Shown here: one piece after another, positions 22,097 to 30,454 of the stretch
Numbering within the stretch: the stretch's first letter is position 1
How the letters are laid out: each line of letters starts with the position of its first letter
Source: Wallemia ichthyophaga EXF-994
Lineage: Eukaryota > Fungi > Basidiomycota
Assembly (NCBI RefSeq): GCF_000400465.1
Contig: NW_008806277.1
Location: forward strand, 300,001 to 332,000
Reading direction: 5' to 3'
Length of the DNA stretch: 32,000 nucleotides
Program-made: the position numbers and the translations under genes
The notes under the pieces: model-generated
The model's input: the letters and a program-made list of their open reading frames with translations, nothing else
Databases searched by the model: none
What the model was told of the DNA's origin: nothing

Positions 22097-23792
22097 CTAA
22101 TGTCTACCCGTCAAAGCATCGTATTTGCTCAAGCACGAGTACCATTGGTAGTCTGTCTCAGGTTAGCGTGTTGAGGAATAGACTAAATACTCCACTCACC
22201 AATATTATCACTTGGATCACAATAGCAGCGTCCTAAAGAAGCGTCGCCTTGTGGGCAGTGTTGGAATGGCTGGTGGCGGTATCTGCAAATATTAAGACAC
22301 GCAGCTTCGCGTAAGCTAACTCACCCAAAATCTTCGAAAAAGTGAATTTGATCTGGTCTAGAGAATAAAGCAGCAGCTATAGAGTGCACCGGTGCATCCC
22401 CCCAGCGCTAAAAGCTAATGTCAGCTCATTTTCTCGCTGAGGAACACCACTGACCTCATAGTAGAAACCACCTGCTTGATCGAGGTAGTCGAAGAAGGCC
22501 TTATATGCAGGTGATCTCCACAGATTAAGATTGGCTATCTCAAAGTTGCTCCAGAAGTGGCAGCGGTTGTATGACTCTCCAGAGTCATCCGAGAGGAATT
22601 TCATAGCGTTATCCTTTGGAATGTGCTCGGGATGATCGCGGATAAAGTCTGGTGTGTGTCAGTTGAGTAGTTAAACAGCCACATTACACCCACCCTTCAC
22701 AGTCTGCCAAAGTGAAGGTATGGTTTCTTCATATTCCAAGAGAGAGACAGTGAAGCCTAAGAGTGCTGTGAGTGGAAATGAGCATGAGTCTTTGGATACC
22801 CACCGTAGTTAATATCGTTTTCTGCAACGAATTTGAATGCTATTGAGGTGATAAGAACTGGTTTAAACCACCACTCAGCAACTCACGGTCATAATCAACG
22901 TCGCAGTAGAGCTAAAACGTGTCAACAATGCTTAAAGAAACCTCTAAAGACCTGTACGAACACTAATATCTGGTCTGATAGTTTTCTGTAAGCAAAGGGC
23001 CATATTAAACACGCGTAACCCACTCAACGCGCCAATAATAATCAAAGTTATTAAGCAGAGGATGTCTCCAGAAGAAACCAGAGTTGAATCTGCACATGTT
23101 TCTATAAGGTACTGAATTAGCGTAAGGCACGACGCCAAGTTTCTCCATATTGTGTCTGTTCTCAGCAGCTAAAGTCTCGTTGATGAAGCTAGGCTGATTC
23201 CAGTGATCACTGGGGATAGTACCGTAGTGACAATGTGAACTAGCGAGTGCCTGTGTGTGACTGTGCTGTTTGTAAGCCACAAATGGGCACATTTACGCTG
23301 TAGTACTTTAACACACGCTTTGAATTCATCGTTGAAAGGTTTATCATTGAGGAATACCCATTCGTCTAAGAAGCACGTGAGCTGGACAGCCTCATCACCA
23401 CGCACTCCACTCACAGCCAAACTTGCTATTGAATCTGTCCTCGCTTTGGGTGGCGTTAGATGCCTTTTCGAAGCAGCTGTAAAAACGCACACCGCTCTCA
23501 TTGATGGCAGGAACGAATAGAGATCTGAATTCCTCGCTAAAACGACAAACGCAGCTTTTTGAAGATCTTTGGGATCCAAACCGTTGGTGTTGCTCAGTGG
23601 GGGGCGGTGATAAGAAGATTTGTGATCCTTGTTGTTTAATCGAAGTATTCTTGGTGTGTATTGCGTAGGCTGGGTGATGGACAGCAGCAGCACCAGCGAA
23701 ATCTAAAGCTGTTTCAATGAAATACACAGCGCATACGCTCCCCCTACCACTCCTGTAACTATCAGCAATCCCGCTCTCCAAAGGCGGTGCAT
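22097..23792 (-). CDS. Glycosyltransferase family 15 alpha-1,2-mannosyltransferase (Kre2/Mnt1/Ktr-like), type II membrane protein; many short introns
   Basis: N-terminal anchor MHRLWRAGLLIVTGV|ISLVLLLSI; KAAFVVLARNSDL; WVFLNDKPF; YRNMCRFNSGFFWRHPLLNNFDYYWRVE; YNRCHFWSNFEIANLNLWRS..Y..FFDYLDQAGGFYYE; RWGDAPVH; C-terminal Cys motif CPQG...CYCDP. Confidence 0.93.
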
Positions 23793-23862
23793 TATGATGA
23801 CGGTGGTTAAGGAACGTTGAATTTCCGCGTGAAAATATTCATCTATTTTTTTATTTTTTTAT

Positions 23863-26800
23863 TCATTTATTCACAGTTTGATTTATGAAACCATAAAGCG
23901 CATTCCCCTGATCTACTCCCAATATATCCCTCATATCTTTGTTTGTCATGTCCACCAAATGACGTATTGAGTTTACTTTGTTGGGTATATATTGGTAATT
24001 CTTCCCTGAAACTCCAGGCATGCTCTTCATCACTTCCACTGGCGTCATTGTCCAATTCTCTTCAATCAGATCCTCCAGTCCCGCTTCATCCGTACCCACA
24101 CCGCTCGCTTTCTCCACATCCGGCTCTTCCCTCTGTACCTTAAGATCGCTAAATATCTCTGCTGTCTGTCTCGGCGACGACGACCATATGATCCGAAGCC
24201 GAGGAAACGATATCGTCAGCATTACTAGTCTTGATTGGAATATCTCTGTGGGTGATGTACCCGTTATACGCGTCTTTTGAGCTGCAGCGGGGTGTAAATT
24301 CTTTTTAGATTCCGCTATTGTCTGTATTTATCGTCAGTCACGTGTCTGCCCGCACACCTCATTCCCTACCTCTAGTGAGAACGACCGGTTTTCCTCAAAT
24401 TCGATCAGTAGTATAGGTGTCTTATAGTATGTGCTCATGTATTCACACTGTGTGAACAGTCTACCCGATTGGAATGACTGGTTCAGATCTGTTAAACTCT
24501 TGCGCTCGACTACCATCGTAGGATCCAAGACATAGTCTCCAACTGTAAGCGTTGTAGGCTGCACGTCAAAGTTAGCTGAATGAAGTATACCTGGCAGCGA
24601 TGATCTGAACTCTCGAACATCAACCACTACCTGTGTGTGTGTAAGCAGTGGAAAGCTGGTGCATTATCTCTCGCCGCGCGCTTACTATTGGCTGCTTATC
24701 GCCGACTACTTGCTGGCCACCCGCTACACGCGCCGACAGAGCACTCAAGTAGTGGTCAGTCCCTGCCCGCGTCGACTCCTTCTCAAACAGAGGCAGGAGC
24801 ATTGTCTGCAGTTGAAAAATTTAGTTATCGAAAACCCACTCATTCCAAAACCCACAGATTTCTCGCGGATCAGTCTCTCAAAAGCATCCTTTTCTTTACG
24901 CAACCCAGATAAATACCTCTGCTCCTCCACCGACGCATTGTACAGCAAGAAGTACAGTCTAATGTCGATGTGAGGGTTGGATGATTTGTAAACCTAAACC
25001 AAGTAAGCTAAATTACCCCACTATACCCCTTCAACTCACCTCAACTCTCCTAACGAATGCCGGATCAGGATCATACATAACGATGAACTTTGGTTTGATT
25101 TCATCCAGGAGCGCATCGTCATCATCACCTCTATAAGCCCTGATGAGCAAAGTATCCTCCTCCTCCATCAATCCGTACTCGTCATTATCATCATGCGGCC
25201 ATATTTCATTAACATCTGTTGTAAGAAGCCATTGAGGGAGGTTATCGAAAAAATCGTAATCTTCATCGTCATCCTCGTCTGAGAGCTCTATCACTTCCTT
25301 ATCTTTGCCAGACCTCTGAGATTGACTGTGAGAATGTGTTAGATGAAGATAACGCTGAGAAATGCCAATTCACCTACAACTGTGCAATTTGCTTTGCTTC
25401 TGCTTCAAGCGGCGATTCAGCATTCGCGTCTAAATTGTTGTGTGTCTTGCGCGATGACGCGACGGATGCCATAACAGATCCTCCACGCACGCGTCGTCTG
25501 TTGTGACCATACGCGGTAGCTCCTTCATTTCTCCTAAATTGCTCCTTCCTCTGCAAGGCGGCAGAAGTGGCCTGAGAATTGCCTTGCTCAACTGCATTCT
25601 TGTCGCTAGACGATGAATTTTTGGACGGACTGCCAGCATTTGTGTTAGCAACATTGCTCTGCGCATTAAACTTCATATTGGTTGACATTATTCCCACATT
25701 TGCCTTGAATTTCTCGAGGTGATCTCTCAGCAACCTCTTCATCATCTTAGGTGCCTTTTTCTTTAAATGTGTTGAATGTGTTTTGCTATTATCATCTTCG
25801 CATTGACTGAGGTACTCTGTTAGCTGTATGACTGTCCTATTAGTCCCGCACATGATCAGAGTCATGTTATTCTCGCTCTGCGTTAGACCCTTGTTAAATT
25901 GTATGTTGTTGTCTATCTCTGCCAGTATCTCTGTCAACACTCCCCATTTCGGCTGTTCTTCTAGGACCGGAACTATGTTGGGCGGCAGCCACGACGCTCC
26001 ACCTCCACGACCGTTCTCGACCACTTTGTATGTCCGCTCTTTAGCTACACTGAAGATAGCATCGGCTGGGTCGAGATACAGCCAATGTGACGGAGTTTTG
26101 TTACCTGTACTCGAACTCTTATATTCATTCAGGTTGGATTGATAGATAGATTCGAGCAATTCTTCAAACTCGACACACGAATAGTTGAGCAGGAATGAGA
26201 GAAGATTGCGCAGTGTGCTAAGATCTTCAATCAGTCGCTTAGTTTTTGGTTTGATGAGGTGCCAGACGGGCAGTAGCTGCATCTTTATAATCTTGTCAAA
26301 ACTCCTGAACAGGGCGTTATCAACGGTGAAGTCATCAATATCGAGATTTGCGACATTGCCCTTCTTGATTTCCTGTATTGTAGCATCCATACACTGCAGG
26401 ATAGAGTGCTGTAAGTTGAGCATAGACTTTGTCAGCGATGGGTATAGTTCTACGACGTCAGCCTTGCGTTTGTCGAGATCTTCCTGGATAGTTTCGTGGA
26501 AACGCGGCCATATCCAGACCTTCCTGAGACCCAAAGAACGTAAAACAGTCTGCAGTGGCGAGACGCCGCTAGCAAAGAGCTCAGGGTTGTCTGAGAATGC
26601 CTTAAGAAAGCCCTCCTGGAAGTTGCAGGTGAGATAAGGAGTTTTTCACAGTGAAACCGCTCACCTTGTTATACTTGCGGTAAATTCTAGTAATGAAGGT
26701 CTCGAGCGAGGTTGGTGTGACTCTGGGAGGGTTGAGTGATAGTTCCACACAGTCCAGCATAATACCCACTGTTCTGCGTGTAAAATCACCATACCAGAAA

Positions 26801-27215
26801 TAAGATGTACGGGTATGGTTCCATTGAGCATGTCGACGACGAGGATTCGCGAGGTGACAGACACTAAGCCACCCTCCTTATACAACTCCTCCCTCTGCTT
26901 ACTGATCATATCAAAATTGACAACTCTGAGGCCTGGTTTGGCCACGCCCATCGTGCCGAGTAGATCGCCAATGCCGTCTTCCTCTGGTGAATCTGCGTTA
27001 AGCAAGAGAACCAATCTGCGTGGATCAGATTGGAGAGTGAGGAACGAGCACACGACACGCCTCAGTCCCAAGCCTCTAGCGAGGATCAACAGACCAGATT
27101 CGCAGGGATCGAGGTCCTGGGTGGAAGTGTCTGATGGATCTGGTGTTGCCGTGTCTGGTGTTCCTGGAATTAGCTGCCGCAGAATCTCCCGGTGAAATCT
27201 CAATGGGAGTTCCAT
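23863..27215 (-). CDS. RAD1: Structure-specific endonuclease XPF/ERCC4 (Rad1/Rad16); multi-exon
   Basis: N-terminal helicase-like module ([43 protein letters not shown]), [18 protein letters not shown], nuclease domain [11 protein letters not shown]...VGDYVL...[15 protein letters not shown], and C-terminal HhH2 (MKSMPGVS...). Start set at [12 protein letters not shown] (27213-27215). Confidence 0.95.
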
Positions 27216-27281
27216 CAATGATGACGTAACGAGACCAAGTCCAGTGGCGATAAGAAATTTATTTTTTGCGCGCACGCCACC

Positions 27282-28153
27282 ATGCCACCAAAATTCCCAA
27301 ATAAATCTGTGCACTATCTGCGGCTGAATGGGAATGCTGTGATGCAGTGTATCGTTTACTTGGACAATAAGCACCTCGAATGGTTCAGCCGCAGAATCCT
27401 CGAGTGCGTCATACGCGATATCCGGAAGCTGTACATGCCCAAGCTGTTGGCAGAGTTGCAAAGTGGCAAGGCTGAGCTAGACACGTACAGGAACCAGGGC
27501 TATCAATTTGCCTACTACTTCAAACCCACGCGCGACAAGCAGGGCGTTGTGAGCAAGGCCCACCAAATGACGTACATTCCTTCGTCTAAGCGTACAGTGC
27601 GACAGAAGCCTGAGCCAAGGCGTAATCAATCTGGTGAGACTGCAGAAGAGCTATTTGTCGATGACGACGGTGACGACTATGACGACGCTCAATTCGAAGA
27701 GAAACCAAAACCCAAGGTCAACACAAGCTACAAAATGAACAAACTCTTCTCAAAGACACTTTGCGTGAGTGAAGTGGCTAGCAATACAGCGCACAATATC
27801 TGACACGCGCTATCCAGATTATCATAGAACCATTCCCTTCGCTGGAAGAGTCGCATGTGGAGGGGACGATGCATCCACCCATTATGCCATCGCCATCGTC
27901 TCCTCCGCAGGGTGATATGCCAGGCGACACACATATACCAGACTCACTCGCAGATCCAGAAGATATCAAACCAGACATCAACACAATCAGCAACAGCAGT
28001 CCTCAACTCCCCTCTTCTACTCAGGCACTTTTCAACGACTTCAACTTGAACAATCCTGGCAGCTCCCTCTCCTTTTCGCAGATGGTCCAGAATGACCATT
28101 TCGGCGATAGGGTTGCTGAAATTGATGAGGAGAATGATGTAATGTATGAGTGA
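27282..28153 (+). CDS. Conserved-looking 272-aa protein, putative Saw1/SLX4IP-family XPF partner; exons 27282-27764, 27818-28153
   Basis: Two ORF pieces joined in frame by a 53-nt GTGAGT...CTGAC...CCAG intron, with good start context (GCCACCATG). The gene model is solid; the family call rests on recalled motif similarity (see findings). Confidence 0.75.
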
Positions 28154-28158
28154 TTCTA

Positions 28159-30433
28159 CTACTTCAGGCTTTGTCTCGACGAAGACTTGGCCAGCAGCTT
28201 CTCATGTCTCCGGCTAGTCTGGTTGAGGTCTTTGAGGAGCGCGTCGTGCCTCTTCTTGAGACTGTCCATACGCCAATTGAGTGTTTTTGGAGGGGGTGAC
28301 TTGATGGCGTTTTCTGGATGCGCTTTGTTCCCATCAGCTCTCTCAATCTTCTCTATATTCTCACTCTTCTCCATCTCCGGCAGATCGCCCAGCGCGCTGA
28401 ACCTGGACGATGATTTGGTCAACCTCGACGAGCTGGCCCTGCTAGAGAGGGTATGAGTTGGGCGAGAGGGAGCGTCTTTGAGTGTGTTGAGAGTATTCTG
28501 TGTAGAGTGTGTACCAGTAGAGCGGATATTAGGCGAGGATTTGTACTGTTTACTGAGCAACGGGCTGGCATTGGTAGTGGCGGTGGTAGTTGTTGTAGTG
28601 GTAGTAGTAGCACCACCATTAGCACTTACACCGCCCGCACTCAACCTAGACAAACTAATTTGCGAGTTCATCCTCCCCAGACTGGACCTACTCTCGACTC
28701 TCTTGAGCGGCGATTCGCGGTAGCCACCCGCATCAGCCTGGGTGTTGTCATCCACTGACGAAAGATCGCTGCTGTACGACACAGTGCGCGGTATACCTTC
28801 CACCATGTCTACCTTCTCCACATTCTCCACGCCCGCCAAATCGACTGTCCAGTCCAGTCGCTTTTTCGCTGAGAGTCCGACACATTGCTGCATCTCCAAG
28901 AAAGCCTGCTCTTCAGAAACATTCCGACTACGCGGGTTGGTTGATGTGTGGATGTTGTGGAAAGACAGTTTGAATGGTGTCTCTGGGGCGTGTAGGGGGG
29001 TGTCTCCCATACTTGCAAATGTGTTAGCATTTGCTTTGTTACTAGTGTGTGTGTCGCTGCTGCTGTGAGGGAATAAATTTTCAACTGTTGGTATATAATC
29101 AAAGTCCATCCATTCGTTAGATGGCGTGAATGTGAAAGGGCTGCTTGAACTCTTGTCGCGCGTGTCGTCCACACTCGCACTCCAACTCCCACTGACAGAG
29201 TTAGCAGCCTGGAAGAGAGCGCTGAAGTCGAAAGCGTTCTGAGGAGTCTTTTGGTGGTGGTCTTGGGGCGGCGTATTATTCCCCTCGCTTTCGCTCCCCT
29301 CCACCAGCTCATTTAGAGTGTGATCGTAGTATGTCGAGGGCACGGCGCGTTGCTCAACGCCATTCCAGTCGACGCCACGGAAAAAGACATGGTGCTTAAC
29401 CTGCTCCGTGCCACTATACCCCAATCGTTCCGTCTGTGGTTTGAATAGGCCCACGAGCAATGCGCGGAGATCGTCGTCTGAGCGACAGTGAATTTGGTCA
29501 TCACCCAGCGCATACTGATGCATCTTGATGCGGTTGTACGTCTCCCCGACGCTCTCTGCGAAAAAAGGTGTAATTCCGAATGCGAGTTCGTAGAGCACAA
29601 CGCCGAAGCTCCACCAGTCGCTCTCTGGGCCGTATAAACCTGGGGAATTATCGCTGTCTTTCTCCTTGTCCTTCTCGTTATCATTCACGTTATCATTCTC
29701 ATTCGCCTGCTCAGCTACCAGGTATTCTTCCGCTGCGAGAAGTATCTCTGGCGAGACATAGTCGGGCGTACCCACCAAGCCGACGCTGTCAATTTTGCGT
29801 GCGCGCTGCACACCAGCGTAATCGAGGAGCGCGGTAGCCGCTCCAAAGTCAGTAAGGAGAAGGTGATCGTCAGAGGCGATGAGCATGTTTTGCGGCTTGA
29901 GGTCGCGGTGCAGCCAGTGCACGTCATCATGTAGCCATTGTAGGGCGGCGAGAAGCTGAGCGCCGTAGTTGCGTATGGTCTGGGCAGGCAGCGTCTTCTC
30001 GTCTTGCATTTCGAGCAGCTCGAGGAGAGTGCCGTTGCTGGCGAGTGGGAGTTGCAGTAAGAGGTCCGTATCCGTTTGGAACGCAGAGATCATCGGCATA
30101 CAATGGCTGCTTTTGTGTGTCAACGCTAGCAGATGCACGCTGCGCTCGTTGTGTGGATTGCTGTACTGCAAGTATGCGTGAATAGCAGCGTTAATGAGAG
30201 AAATACTAACGCACACTAATATGTCTCCTGCTAAAACCTTTATTCATCACCTTCAACGCGTAAAATGACCCATTCAGTCGGCATTTGGCTAGCTGAATTG
30301 TGCCGAACTGCCCTTTGCTGATCAACTTGAGCGTCTTGAAATCTGTGCTGTTTATATGCAATTGATTATATTTTACATCATTTCCCTTAATATTTCTTAG
30401 CTCCTTGCGACGTTTCAACCATTCTTCCATCAT
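28159..30433 (-). CDS. AGC-group Ser/Thr kinase, DMPK/MRCK/ROCK-like catalytic domain with a long disordered tail; one 49-nt intron
   Basis: DFKTLKLISKGQFG, YALKVM, HRDLKPQN, LTDFG, VGTPDYVSPEIL, YGPESDWWSFGV, TPFFAESVGETYNRI, HVFFRGVDW. Confidence 0.88.
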
Positions 30434-30454
30434 GTCGATGATGATGGCATCGGT

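Noticed and set aside
25828-26637. Long + strand ORFs opposite XPF (and similar ones at 9769-10280, 14450-14806, 20809-21350, 28419-29312)
   Set aside because: Antisense or alternative-frame shadows of well-supported genes; no motifs and frequently non-ATG starts.
27216-27461. 82-aa N-terminal extension of XPF suggested by the ORF track, overlapping the + strand gene
   Set aside because: XPF homology starts at MELPLRFH; the extension is the antisense of the neighbouring CDS and begins at a non-ATG codon.
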